Made by a program: the position numbers and the translations under genes. From Diadema antillarum (lineage: Eukaryota): a DNA stretch of 64,000 nt. Positions 24,001 through 35,145 of this stretch are shown in pieces. Position 1 is the first letter of the stretch. The number at the start of each line of letters is the position of its first letter. The notes under the pieces were generated by a model. That model did not search any database. It was not told where the DNA came from and saw only the letters and a list, made by a program, of their open reading frames with translations. The DNA lies in NCBI RefSeq assembly GCF_040938485.1, contig NW_027271508.1:62001-126000 (forward strand). The letters are read 5' to 3'.

Positions 24001-25686
24001 AGTTGAATTACCCACCAAACTCTTGTTATGGTTTGACTTGCCTGGTGTAATTAATTCTAATTAGATATTTGCTAATTGAAAAAAAAAAACAGATATGAGT
24101 GTCACTCCAATGATTAACCTTGCTGCATTTGAGTTTCACTATCACAGAGTATTAGAGCTGATGCAGTTTGTTGGTAAGCTATACATGCATACAGTAGAGA
24201 TGCTACCATGAAGAAATTAAAAACTGGAGGTTGTTTTGGGTTGTGTTTTTTTTTTCTTCTTTTTTTTTTTGTCATGGCACATTTATGATTGTACATAGTT
24301 TGCTTTCAGATAATTTCCAGAAGTTTGAGCTTGTGGTCACACTACAAACAACAGTGCATGGGTACACCACACAACACAGTGCAAAGTTTTATTAGAAGTG
24401 AGGAACTTCCCGAACGCATACAGGAACATTTGCTTGTTATTTCAAGCTTGCCATCACACTGCGCTAACTACATGACACAAGCTTTTGGGTAGTGAAACAG
24501 TTTCACATGATGTGACCAAGCTAACGTTTCATATTACCATGCTGTACTTTTAAAGGTGAGGAACATCCACGACAAGTGGATCCCTGCCGATCCAGTAGAG
24601 GGCACTGTTGTCGTCAACATTGGAGATCTTATGCAGAGATGGACATCTGACAAGCTCATAGCCTCTGTGAGTGAGAGAGTGTCTTTTGCTATCCTATCCT
24701 GTTATGTAGGATGTTAGCAAAGTTGGTTTCTGTTTACCACTCGAGTATGATGTCAAAGCCGTCCATTGCTGTGGAAACTGGTTTAAAACAATCTCAACAA
24801 AAAAGAATAATGATAAAATCTGATAATTGGAGACAGGGCTATAACCTTTGATCTTCCAAACCATACTGCCAATTTTAGGATTTAGTTTGAATGTAGCAAA
24901 TCAGATGCTATTAATAATTCTGCAGCCAAACTAAACAATGGCACATCATAAAAATAGGGCTCAAATTAAAGCTAACCTTTTTTTTAATGCTACTTTGTGA
25001 AACATAAGTTGTGAATACTTGAAAGGCATTATTACCATTTCAGATGATGCAAAACCCCAGGTTTAGTGCTTCAAAATAGTTCTAAAATGTGAGTTAGGGA
25101 TAGAAACAACCAATGTGAAAATTTGAATTGATATAATCAATGTTAAGTATTGTTCAACAATCTACAGTAATGGTACATTGAGAAAAATAGTGATATCTCG
25201 TTATATATTAGGCTTTATTGTCGAATTTTTTATATGGTAGGATGTGTTATGATACAACTGACCTGCCAATATCAAATGTGATATCTCGAACGTTTTTTAA
25301 ATCACTGCTCCCAAAGGTAAACAGTACCTTTGAGATTAGCGTGAACAGATACAGCAATAAACTGCACAAATTTTGGTCAATGGAAGGGTTAGATTAAAAA
25401 AGAGAACCACTGACATTTGGCTTTGGAGGATTTTGATTCCAATTGTTTGTTGTTGTTTTTCTGCCCATTATTGTGATAACAGAAACATCGTGTGATGCTT
25501 CCGGTTGAGCAGATTCAGCTGCAGAAGGAGCGTCAGTCCATCGCATTCTTTGGCCACCCCGACAACGGGGTCATCATCGAGTGCATCGACAAGTCCAACA
25601 AGTACCCACCCATTGAGAGCGTGGCCTACCTGGATGAGAGGTTCAGTGTGACGTATGCAAGCAGCTCAAAGTTGAAGACGTATTGA
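1351..25686 (+). CDS. 2-oxoglutarate/Fe(II)-dependent dioxygenase, IPNS-like (DIOX_N + 2OG-FeII_Oxy), paralog 1, 319 aa
   Basis: Exons 1351-1509, 5055-5170, 5882-5951, 20791-20904, 23758-23943, 24556-24666, 25483-25686. All introns are GT-AG and the 960 nt join in frame. Motifs: VPVIDF, GFMYLKN, RCGEHSDYGGITLLFQD (HxD), VVNIGDLMQRWT, KHRV (distal His), RQSIAFF (RxS). Confidence 0.93.
1735..3122 (+). mobile_element. Helentron-associated non-autonomous element (HINE-like) with internal ~320-bp tandem units, copy 1
   Basis: T-run followed by AGCTCACCTGAGC subterminal repeat, a (CGTC/CGTG)n microsatellite, and about 3.5 tandem units (starts near 1862, 2187, 2508, 2828). The 3' end has TCAGGTGAGC, a perfect palindrome AGACCCGCGGGTCT (3104-3117) and a T-run. 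Confidence 0.75.
3547..3928. mobile_element. Kolobok-like hairpin MITE
   Basis: TTAA|AGGGATGGTATAGT...ACTATACGATCCCA|TTAA, with a central palindrome ATCCTAATAAAAGGTGGGTCCCACCTTTTATTAGGAT. A related copy lies at 34397-34731. Confidence 0.7.
5361..5550 (-). mobile_element. Penelope-like element 3' remnant (GIY-YIG endonuclease C-terminus plus terminal repeat)
   Basis: The minus strand reads, with one frameshift, GTREAIQIRAYHPS-NKDEGHYKLLKAFDP. This matches the Penelope C-terminal pattern xxxEAIxIRxxxPxLNxDxGxYxL and is followed directly by a hammerhead motif. Confidence 0.7.
5362..5406 (-). ncRNA. Minimal type I hammerhead ribozyme motif (Penelope-associated)
   Basis: CUCUG-CUGAUGA-A-GGCUGU-agcacug-ACAGCU-GAA-AAUU-C-UGGAG. 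It has a complete core, a 6-bp stem II, a palindromic AAUU stem III, a UUC cleavage triplet and a 5-bp stem I (2 G.U pairs). Confidence 0.65.
5559..5677. mobile_element. Short MITE, Harbinger-like ends
   Basis: GGCCCCGTTTTATCAA...TTCATAAAACGTGGCCC imperfect terminal inverted repeat. Confidence 0.35.
11310..11465 (-). pseudogene. Terminal exon of a Tc1-like DDE transposase (upstream exons not found)
   Basis: After a TTCTTGCAG acceptor it reads VHKPRTKAELVAGIKLFWSERMTPEKCCTYIRNLGKALPKVIECEGRATGF*. This fits the Tc1 C-terminal pattern P.T..EL...I...W.....C...I..L......VI...G.ATG[YF]. No DDE or SPDLNPIE exon was recognised elsewhere in the element. Confidence 0.75.
11956..12927 (+). CDS. BEN-domain protein with Pro/Thr/Ala-rich repeats and a coiled coil (transposon cargo), ~323 aa from this ATG
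   Basis: Open frame 11908-12927 with an acceptor-like tract ending CAACAG at 11946, so an upstream exon is possible. Repeats APLPPQLASATPAPSTPPAPPTPPAPPTPP (x3). Coiled coil LARLDALEREVRELRAW. C-terminal VARRLTNMLFLDEERVGSNVSGRKNPAMDRERINAIKAAVF...VWKRCVKAIDTQNRNLRRK matches the BEN helical pattern. Confidence 0.8.
   Translation: MIGAERPLLQGTAEGPITYALPSSLDDVMEKARQSLRDLRSSLPPPAASALPPATATPPPLAPLPPQLASATPAPSTPPAPPTPPAPPTPPAPSTPPLAPLPPQLASATPAPSTPPAPPTPPAPPTPPAPSTPPRLAPLPPQLAPATPAPPTPPAPPTPPAPPTPPAPPTPPTPDMVTVLARLDALEREVRELRAWKETELKRRENKMKRAKSRAEIGSRLEHVTVAGERVLKVQQHVVDSMLPFAPCHRDVARRLTNMLFLDEERVGSNVSGRKNPAMDRERINAIKAAVFAICPTAGETEEDVWKRCVKAIDTQNRNLRRK
13230..13600. repeat. ~230-bp tandem duplication downstream of the BEN ORF
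   Basis: TTTTGCGAAT.TGTGAGTCAATTGC.TTCACACGTTCCA.CTATACATGCGAACGTGCACAGAGTTCGTTCCAC...GTCACTGTTTATTTG occurs at ~13234 and ~13464. Confidence 0.8.
14034..14221. mobile_element. Fold-back MITE with CAC...GTG ends, nested in the Tc1-like element
   Basis: Arms CGTTGGATT.AAAA.TAATCTAATA.ACCATGAGG.GACAAATCCAAATAAGATTA and its reverse complement enclose an AT-rich centre. Confidence 0.6.
14228..15011. mobile_element. CACT-type (EnSpm/CMC-like) non-autonomous element nested in the Tc1-like element
   Basis: CA|CACTGTAAAAA...TTTTAACAGAG|CA: imperfect TIR with a candidate 2-bp CA duplication. Confidence 0.45.
19410..20544. mobile_element. piggyBac-like (TTAA) MITE copy B, intact, 1,135 bp, inverted relative to copy A
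   Basis: TTAA at 19406-19409 and 20545-20548. It is colinear with the two pieces of copy A and joins them through GTCTCATTGG-TA-AACCAC (read on the minus strand). Confidence 0.88.
21001..22325 (+). mobile_element. HINE-like element copy 2
   Basis: Same 5' end (TTTTTAGCTCACCTGAGC.GAAGGCTCAAGTGAGCTATTGCGAT), degenerate microsatellite, diverged ~320-bp units, and the same 3' end GGTGAACTTGCGATACTCAGGTGAGC with a degenerate hairpin. Confidence 0.75.
22358..22866. mobile_element. piggyBac-like TTAA MITE, 509 bp
   Basis: TTAA|CTCTTTATGTGCCATG...CATGGCACATAAAGAG|TTAA: perfect 16-bp TIR related to the 8065/19410 family termini. Confidence 0.8.
25024..25329. mobile_element. Kolobok-like MITE, copy 2 of the 919-1270 family
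   Basis: Shares blocks TTTAGTGCTTCAAAA, TAGGGATAGAAACAACCA, TAGGCTTTATTGT and AAATCACTGCTCC...GGTAAACAGTACCTTT with 919-1270. Confidence 0.6.
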
Positions 25687-26899
25687 GAAGGTTGCTGAAA
25701 CACACTCCAAAGAAGGCCTTGCACCACTGAGACTGGTGTAAATCTATATCGGTGCCTGCCTGGCAGAAGGGCAAGAGCATGACATTCCAACCATTAAAAT
25801 TTGATATCGGTTTTTTGACATAATTTGACAGAGTCTTGGGGGCTCTTTTGTATGATGTAACTATCATTCTTTTTTTTTCAATTTTGTTGAGCCCACAAGC
25901 TGTAGGGCCCTTCTACCAGGCAGGAGACATGCATTATTTGTGTCGTTCTGTACATTCCTGCCGCCTGTTCTTTACTCCCCCCCCCCCCCCCCCCCATTCA
26001 TTTCTAATTTCTGATTTCACTGTTTTTAGATGAGGAGGGTCTGTTTGAAGGCTTTGGACCAGCGTGTGGTAAAGCGTCTTTTGTCCTATTAAGAGAACTG
26101 GATATGTACCTCTGCATTAAAGGTTACTGCCAGGCAATTACTTTGTCTGTGCTATATGGCAGATGCACCACTCATAAGCATGTATCTCAAGTAACGGTAT
26201 TTGCATCTCATAAATTCCTACTGATTGCACAAAAGGACAGCATTTGTGCCATCTTTTGCTGTATCTTGTAATGATACATCACTTAATGCAAGTGATAAAA
26301 CTTTGAGCAATATGTTATTGGCCCTAGCATGCATCCTGTTGCAACCACCATGCAGGCATGCATGATAACATAGCTAGTCTATTCCTACTGTATGTGTATG
26401 CATGTGGCCAATGCTTCAATACTTTTATTGATACAGTGGACTGGATAATTCAGAAGCAATAAGCACTGAACGCACATATATCATAAAGATGCACAAACAT
26501 AAAATGGTTGCACATTGATTGTATACTCCATTAAGTCCATAAATGCATAGACTACTGCATGATTTTTTTTTCTTCTCATAACTGGCAGCCATACGATGTT
26601 TTATTGGTGTGTGCTTTTAAAGCGAAACAAATAAGCAAAAGTATTCATTATCCCTTCAAGTACAGTCTGAACATTGATGAATCTTAATATTACAATCAGC
26701 GTCCATAATATTGACCAAAAAATATGTCACTGATTCAATTACTAAACTTAGGGTATACTTTTTTCACTGTTAATGACCATGTTTATGTAATCATGAAAGA
26801 AAAATGGAGGCCTGGAATGATTTGTGTTTGAGTTTCACAGTAGGAACAATTCTCTGCGTAAGGAATGATTATCCTTACAAGCAAGCAACAACTCAGAGT

Positions 26900-27030
26900 T
26901 CTCTCTGAAGGACCAGGCAAAGAAACTTTGTAAATGTCTTGTTTAGGGGTGCTACTGTCACTGCCATGAGACTTGAACTGATAACCTCTTGACACTGCAT
27001 CTGGATTCAAACCCACTGAGCCACTAAAGG
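26900..27030 (-). mobile_element. Degenerate tRNA-derived SINE remnant
   Basis: Minus strand has A-box-like GTGGCTCAGTGG, B-box-like AGTTCAAGTCT and a downstream CCCTAAACAAGACATTT core-like segment. Confidence 0.35.
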
Positions 27031-28220
27031 TCCTCAAATGAGAAGGTATGTGTGTGGACTTTTATAGATAGATAGGTAGATGTTCTCATATTTTCTTGGA
27101 AACTTCAGTGTTTTGAAGTAGGCTTTAACAAGGCTTGATTCCTTCTTCGAATGATGATAATAAGAAAATGTGCTAAGTGGGGTACCAGGCATACTACGTT
27201 CCAGAGATTTTTGTGCCAAGAGTCTGGTATTATGTTATTTTATTCATATCATTTTACCTGCGTGTAAAATGTGTGGCTCTTATAAATTTCTTGCCAATCA
27301 TGAATTGTCTGTAATCATAGCTCAGTCTTTATCTGTCATAAGTTTTACTCTAGTGATGGTGTGTATCTTGCCATTATGAAATTTTCTTACGCAGAAAAGA
27401 AATAATTAAAAGTCATTGTATTGTAATCATTTGTTGAACTGAAATGGCAATCAATTGTGACCAAATATTTACGAGTACAGTATAGTGTATAAGTTTGAAT
27501 ATGATATTGCTTGTACATACAGTAGTGACTATGGGGTAGTTTCTGATAAAATAAAAAACTAAAACTAAAAACAAAAACAAAACAGACAAACCTTCTGTTC
27601 CTTCATCATTTACAAGAGGCTAGCTGCTTGGTCAGTGTACTCCTATTATAATGAACACAGATATAACAAAGCTGTTGTCTTTGATGAAATAAAGAAATCA
27701 GGTCCCACAATTATGTCTACTTATTTTTATATACACATGTAATTCATTATTCAGCCATGACAAAATTTCTGTACGTCATGAAAGAAAACTGCCAGATCGG
27801 AGGACTTCGTAATAACTGGAGTTGCCTGCATACAGTACATTGTGTGCATTACAAAATATGCCACAATGAGAGAAGTTGGTTTTGGTCAGCTGCTCTGTCC
27901 TATGTATGCACATGTTTCTGGAGGGCAGCATATTGTCATAATTATTGTTTAACACCAAGTACCTGTTGAAGCTGATGAGAGTTGGAAATTGAGTCATCAA
28001 GAGTAAAGCGCGTAGGTGTTGCTGTAACGTTGCCTTCGTTGTCTTCTCTGCGAAAAAAAAAATAGAGAGAGTCACACCATACCCATGATGTTCATCTATT
28101 AAAGAACAATAGTAAAATTCCCCTTTGTTTTTGTGGGGAAAGGTCTTTCTATTCCCATTTGGTGCTAGTTTGATAGGAAAGAAGCAGAATGTGTAGGGAT
28201 GGAGGGTATCCCTATTAGAG

Positions 28221-28255
<35 letters not shown>

Positions 28256-28880
28256 TGGACAGAGGATAGAGAGGGATAGTCTCCCTGCCAGTTGTTACTA
28301 CACTGTATTTCGACTTGCCTACCTTCTATTGTATAGTGTTCACGCTTTAGATACTCCACGCTTTCAAGGTAGTTGGTCCAAACAATCTCTAATAAAGAAA
28401 TTGTCACCTGCTATTCAGTGTCGAGTAGTGTGGAACATTCTTATCTATTGACTAATATCTGGGTACTATTTACAGTTCATCTATCACATTTGGTGTACTT
28501 CATCGTTATTGTACAATACTCAAATACCGTGTCTTTGTCTAAAATTATCCTAATTAACTTAATTGTAAGTAAACCATAACCCACGGAACCATGATTATTT
28601 CATGTTACTCCTATTCATAATCATTGTTTTAAGCTCCATCTTTTTTATCATTGTTTTATATATGTATATATATGCACATGTATGCAATGTATTATGTACC
28701 TTTAAAACAATGCTCAAAGGACAAGGTGACCGAAAATTTGTGATTCCAAAATAAACCTTTTTTGGCATAAAAAATGAACAGTTTTCAAGAGTAAGTCCTT
28801 TTTATGTTCTCCTGCTCTTAGTATTGTCGTGATTGTTAAAAATATGCATTAAATATACATATATATATATATATATACTT

Positions 28881-29583
28881 AAAGAAATTAGACTGAGGCG
28901 GACGTTGCTCTCGATCTTGAGTCTCCCTTTTTTTGTCAAGCTTTTGGCCAGTCATATCAGGCCTTCCTCAGGATCTACCAACAGAATAGTTATTATATGA
29001 ATGTGTCATATAATATGTCATGCAATTTCGTATATTACCAATCTTCTAAACATTTCCTTTATATACACAAATCAATCATTCAATTCAATACAAATATCCA
29101 ATCTAACCTCATCTCATTATCAAAATAACATCATATATCCAGAAAAATATATAAGAAGATTCTTATGTCATAATGCTGCCATATAATAATCATATTTTCT
29201 CATAATTCTTAGCATAATAATCAAAAAAAGAATCATATACATATATAATGTTCATATGTCTGTTTGCATTGCGTATATGTATACATACACATACACACAC
29301 ACATGTATATGTTTTTCTGGATATATGATGTTATTTTGATGATGAGATGAGGTTAGATTGGATATTTGTATTGAATTGAATGATTGATTTGTGTATATAA
29401 AGGAAATGATTTGGAAGATAGGTAATATATGAAATTGCATTACATAATATGACACATCAGGTTATTCATATAATAACTATTCTGTTGATAGATCCTGAGG
29501 AAGGCCTGATGACTGGCCGAAAGCTTGACAAATAAAGGGAGACTCAAGGTCGAGAGCAACGTCCTCCTCAGTCTAATTTCTTT
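28881..29583. mobile_element. ~700-bp fold-back made of two inverted Penelope-like terminal repeats
   Basis: Arms 28881-~29150 and ~29300-29583 are reverse complements. Each outer end carries CCTGAGGAAGGCC...GGCC(G/A)AAAGCTT, a hammerhead-like Penelope terminal motif. Confidence 0.6.
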
Positions 29584-29637
29584 CAGTATACAATGTATAT
29601 GCAACCAACAATGAGGCACCGCGCACGTTTGGGACCC

Positions 29638-29778
29638 NNNNNNNNNNNNNNNNNNNNNNNNNNNNNNNNNNNNNNNNNNNNNNNNNNNNNNNNNNNNNNN
29701 NNNNNNNNNNNNNNNNNNNNNNNNNNNNNNNNNNNNNNNNNNNNNNNNNNNNNNNNNNNNNNNNNNNNNNNNNNNNNN
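29638..29778. other. Assembly gap (141 N)
   Basis: Run of N. Confidence 1.
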
Positions 29779-32700
29779 TACAGTAGTATTCGTGATGACC
29801 GTTTAAATGATAGACGACATGAAATCTCTTGTGATTTTACAACCCTTCGAATACAAGCGAAGTCAGGATATTTTATCATGGAGTGGGCTTTAATTTACTT
29901 GAACCTGTTACATTTTCAAAGCAAGCTGTAAAATAATGATATTGCATACACAAATAGTCCGAAGTACATGAAGTGCGTCTCTTGTCAGTTTATATCGCTT
30001 TTGTCTGCATACTCAAATGAAATGTATAAGAGGGGCAATATTGCCATATAGATGATTCAAAGTAGCGATCCAAACAATTAGGAGCCCTGTAAAACACGTA
30101 TCTCCCATAATTGTTGTACAATTATATCAAAATGATTGTCTTATGACAAGATGTCAAATGTGACTGAATTACAGTTGTATTTCCAAGCGGAGCAAGTGCA
30201 GAGATTGTGCTGATCTTTCCATGTCTTGGCCAGAGGTTACATGAAACATGTAATTTAATTTTAAGCATTTTGACGCATACATCAGAGAATCAGGCATGTT
30301 TAACATCAGCTAGAATACCCTCTATAGACGTAAAGGAATATCAAAATAAAAGGAGAAAACTAGATGACGTTGGCATAGCCTTGACCGTTGGCGTCCAGGG
30401 CAACCTATCACAGTGCCCTCCATACGAACCAATGCCAGAGACGTTAATATATGGCGGGTATAGTGTACACCCTACTTCGAAGTTTGAGGACACCAGTTCA
30501 GTTCGGTGAACACTGAATTGTATTCATAGAGGGCAAGGTTATATTTCCTCGAGTCGGTGTTCCTTAAATATAGACTGTGTCAACAATCACAAGTTTGTCG
30601 GAGGTTGAAATCACACCGCGCCGATTCGTGCTGTATTTTACGTGTAGTCAAATTCCCCTCTGGAATTGAGTTGATCGAACAGATGCATTGTTCGATGTGC
30701 AGACGGTGTGAAATTGTGTTGTAGCATAATTATAGCGAGAATGGAGGAATCGGTGCCGGTGGTCGATTTTTCCGCCTACAGCCTTGAGAAATATTCTCCA
30801 GACCCAGAACGCATCCATCGCCTAGTGGACGATGTCTTCACTGCCCTGACGACGATTGGATTCATGTATTTGAAAAATCATGGGATATCGCAGGAAAAGG
30901 TGAGAGACCGCTTTGATTTTATGTAGAAGAATTAAGCTGTATAATTTTGTTTACTCAGAGACAGTTATTCGGTTGTTTGTTACTTATGAATTACACAATA
31001 TTTGGCGGGTGCTTGATGATTTTGTACATTTGTAAGTTCGCTGTTGTTGATCTTGACATCTTGATATTTGAACTCGTGAAATTGTTATTTTATGACTGCC
31101 GGAAGTGTTGGGTTATCAAAAGTAATGTTTTGATCCCTTGAAATTATTCCCGGCCTCAAGGAAGCATAACTCCCTGCCGGAATATGCGATAGTGATATGC
31201 TTGCTTCTTTGTATGGCGTTATTTCTGTGCATAGCTTTTGTGACATTTTAAGAGAGTATAGAATAGTCGAATCTCTCTTTTCAGATAAGCGGTCTGAAGA
31301 ATCCGTTATCGGTGAAATGATAATCACAGGGGTTTTTCAAAAGTACTAAGACTGCTTATTGGCTCGTCTCTATATATGGTCACTTGTAATAACTGGTCTA
31401 GTTCTCAGATGTACTGATCATTGACGCATTGCACTTAACTATTCTTCCCTTACAATTGCCTTAACATATCGCTTTGAACAGGTCAACGATGTCTTTAAGT
31501 ATTCCGGGCAGTTATTTTCTCTGCCGAATGATGTCAAGCTAAAATGTGGCAAGTCTAAGGAAGGATATTTTGGATACCTGCCCATCGAGCACCACAAGTG
31601 AGTTCTTTGGTTTCCTCTATTTTGTTGCATTGATTTTATTCAAACTCTCTTACTCTGTTGATGATGAATACGATAACTAGTCAAGTGAATGTGGGACAAA
31701 GGTTAAACACTTGCACTCTAGTCATCAAGCCAGTTCGTAGTTAGCTCATGTACACCTTGGTACAAATGACCTTTATTTTTTCTCATTTGGTTAGGCACAT
31801 CACTCGTTTTCAAAGCTGTATAATGCATAAGCCGCCCAACATAACAATTTATGGAATTCGTGTTCAAACAAAGTATGAACTTGTGTTTAGACCAGGTGAC
31901 CAGAATAGTCCGTCAGTTGACACTTTAGCAGGCATCTAATTCATTGTTTCGTATTGAATGCAATAACAGCCTTTTTCTTTTGATATTGCCAAATACCAGG
32001 CCTGCTGTCAGGTGGATGTGCTGGCAAGCACTATTTAGATAAGGATCACATGAATAATCATCACATTACAGATGCTTAACTCAGTGAATTAATAAACCAA
32101 AGTGCCTGTTGGTACAAATGACCTTTTTCTGCTCATGCGCAAAGTAGAATTACGAACTGGTCTATTGAATTCTGGCAACCTTTTTTAGCCATGCTCATCT
32201 TTTTATATTTCAGCCGCAGTTTATTGACAGGCAGAGTAATGAGATGTAAAAGTACTAGTTAAAGTTTGGTTCTCTTTTTAGTTTCTTCGAAACCTGAAAT
32301 ATATTGTTATTGTTGTTGTCGAGCCAAACTGTAATTCGACTTCTTTGACGTGTTTGAGAGCGGCATTATTAGCTTACGAGGTTTAAGCCTACCAACTACG
32401 ACTATACTGACAACATCCCTGCTAGGGTCAGAGTATTTAAGACACTTGCTGCCATGGTCACCACGTAATGACATTGATACTTAAGTGGTAAGTGTCCATA
32501 TAGATAGATCAATATACTTCTCATCTGATGCACTGAAGAGGCCTTATCGACTGCTGCTTTAGTTGATAAATTGTTGCCTGTATACTCGGTTTGCTATTTC
32601 ATTTGGAACTGTATGCATGACAACAGCAAAATGTATTGTTTTTGTACGAAATTTTCCTGCCATATCTTGACTGGCCTCATGCTGCATGTTGGAATTATAA

Positions 32701-33597
32701 TTGACAATTAATGTGAGGATTGATTGCATATTGTATGGTTATACTACAAATAGGGTCTGTAACTTCATTCTTGCCACTCAGATTAGACCCAAGCTGTGAG
32801 TTCTTCGATATGAAGGAGTCACTGGTTTTTCGCCCTGCAGCTGACGATGTGGTAAGCCTTTGAACGAAATTTTACTTCCGTCTCACATAAAACACAAACA
32901 AAGCAATTACAACATAATGACATATATGCTTCCTTCAGGCTGCATGGAGACACGTTTGATCCAATGCCGTGCAACTTATTGTCATGATCATGACGATATT
33001 TACTATTCCCACAGTAACTTAATGCCCACTATCATTGCCATGTTTCCTGGTGAAAAAGATCACAATTATGACATTAACCTCGAAGTGTATATTTGCAGCT
33101 AGATTATAATGGCGTAAACCTTGAATAGATACACGTTAATTATGATACAACAATTATCGATCATTGTATCGATAGCAGACAAAATGAACTTCAGGAAACG
33201 TTTTGTCCTAGTGTCAGCAGAACAAGGTCTATCAACAAGGATCAGCATTAGGTCAAAGCAATGATTTCAAATCAATCATACATCTAATTTAAGACTTTTA
33301 TTAATTTACAGTATTTATTTTTTTTTTTTTGGGTGGCGCTAAAATAGTTACAATCATCCCTATTCGCCAAATATTGCTTCTGCAATTAATCAAAATTATT
33401 GATGGTAAGTTTCGTACCAATTATGTTTGTTTAAAGACACCATGATGGTGAAAATGTAAATTGCAATGATCATCTTCATTATTGCTTCAGCGAATGAGAA
33501 GTTACTTAAGTAATAAACACTTCATAACGGTTTCCTTGGCAATGTCGACAGAGGTGGATTTTAAGCAATACTTTTCTAATAAAACATTGCCTTAATA

Positions 33598-34078
33598 TTA
33601 AATGGGTTAGTCAAATACCGGTTAGAGATTGGCTAAACACAGTCACGTGATGGAAGCACATTCGTTATGTTCGCCCATGGGCGAACATTCTTTGTAATGT
33701 TCTCCCATGGGAAATCATTTTCATGTAACAAATGACAGAAGGTCTAGGACCTCGCGCGCACAGTGATTTGGCTATAGCCGGCTCTGAACACGCGATGGCG
33801 CGAGCGAGCGATCGAGTGCGTTGTGCTGGTGGTTGACGACGTTGACGTACAGTGTATTTGACGTATTTGACTAACCCATATAATGTAACAGATGATGACT
33901 TTTGTTGTCGGGAACATGTACCAAACGTTCCACCCTCAGGGTTTGAAATGCTACTTCGGGAGGCTATAAGTCCCGAGACGAAGTCGAGGGACTTATAACC
34001 ACCCTCAATAGCATTTCAGACCCTTCGGGTGGAACATTCGGTATGTTCCCTCCCCCGCCAGTCATCATCTATATAATA
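33598..34078. mobile_element. Non-autonomous element with a 17-bp inverted repeat module and a 181-bp terminal hairpin
   Basis: ATGGGTTAGTCAAATAC (33602) and GTATTTGACTAACCCAT (33863). Hairpin 33890-34070 (AGATGATGACT..GGGAACAT..GTTCCACCC..TGAAATGCTA..ATAAGTCCC) is centred on CCGAGACGAAGTCGAGG. Confidence 0.55.
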
Positions 34079-34396
34079 TTGTACCCTAGACTCCTGCTTT
34101 CCACACTATTTCCCATGAAATGACTTTATCTCTATGCCAGGTGTTGCCGGAGCAAGAGGTACCCGAGCTCGAAGGGGCACTCTCCGCTCTTTTTGAGGCT
34201 TCGATCAGTCTTCACAACAGAGTATTGGAAGTTATGGCCATGGCACTAAGACTGGTCAGTTTTGTCTTTTTTTTTTGAATAATTTGTTGTCTCGCCATTT
34301 ATTTAAAAAAAAAACGCTTTGTTCGGCATGGACACTTATATTAAAAGTCTATAGTTATTTGAAGCTACTGTCGCGACATACAGCGCACAGCGTTAA

Positions 34397-34731
34397 AGGG
34401 ACGGTAGAATTTTGGCTGAGATGCAAGATAATTGGAAACCACATATGAAATATTAAAGAGCATACAATTCTAAGAGGAATTAAAAGTTTATTTGATGAAG
34501 ATCAGATTTGAAGGGGCTGAGATGTCCACACACAAAAAAGCAAAACAGAGTAGTCCTATAAAGGTGGGTCCCGCCTTTATTGGTACCTGATTGTTTTTGG
34601 ATATCTCAGCCATTTCAAACTAATTTTCATCAAAAAAAAAAAATGATTTCTTCTAGGAATTTGATGCTCTTTCATATTTCATAGAAGTGGTTTCTAATTA
34701 TCCCCAACTCAAACATAACTATACCATCCAT
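34397..34731. mobile_element. Kolobok-like hairpin MITE, same family as 3547-3928
   Basis: TTAA|AGGGACGGTAG...ACTATACCATCCA with central ATAAAGGTGGGTCCCGCCTTTAT. Confidence 0.6.
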
Positions 34732-35114
34732 TTGATAATGATTGAGGATAATGTAGGTTTCAGTGTTGCTGTGCACCATCTTATCAAAATCATAAGAAAA
34801 TCAACGCACCCTTGCATTACTGACAGACATATCACGTTCTTATTATCTATTCCTCTCACAACCTCCCCCGCTAAGTCCACCGCCATGCAAAATTCGTACG
34901 CATTTTTTTTTTTGTATACAGTTTTTCAAATACATTGTATTCCACTGGAAATGGGCATCAGATTTGAATTTTAGTTCTGAAAATGCAAAAACTCCCTCAT
35001 GTGGGAATGGCATAGCCCCTCCCATAGCGCCCCCCCCCCTTTCCCGGCTCTTTCGTAGGATCTAGATATTCTCCAACTTTTACTCCCACCCCTCCCCCCG
35101 CACCCCCCCCAAAA

Positions 35115-35145
<31 letters not shown>

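Noticed and set aside
27972-27995. CTGATGA...GAAA hammerhead-like strings here and at ~6880-6910 (minus)
   Set aside because: No pairing stem II or stem I can be formed.
29583-29931. ORFs spanning N runs (also 52346-52718)
   Set aside because: Artefacts of assembly gaps.
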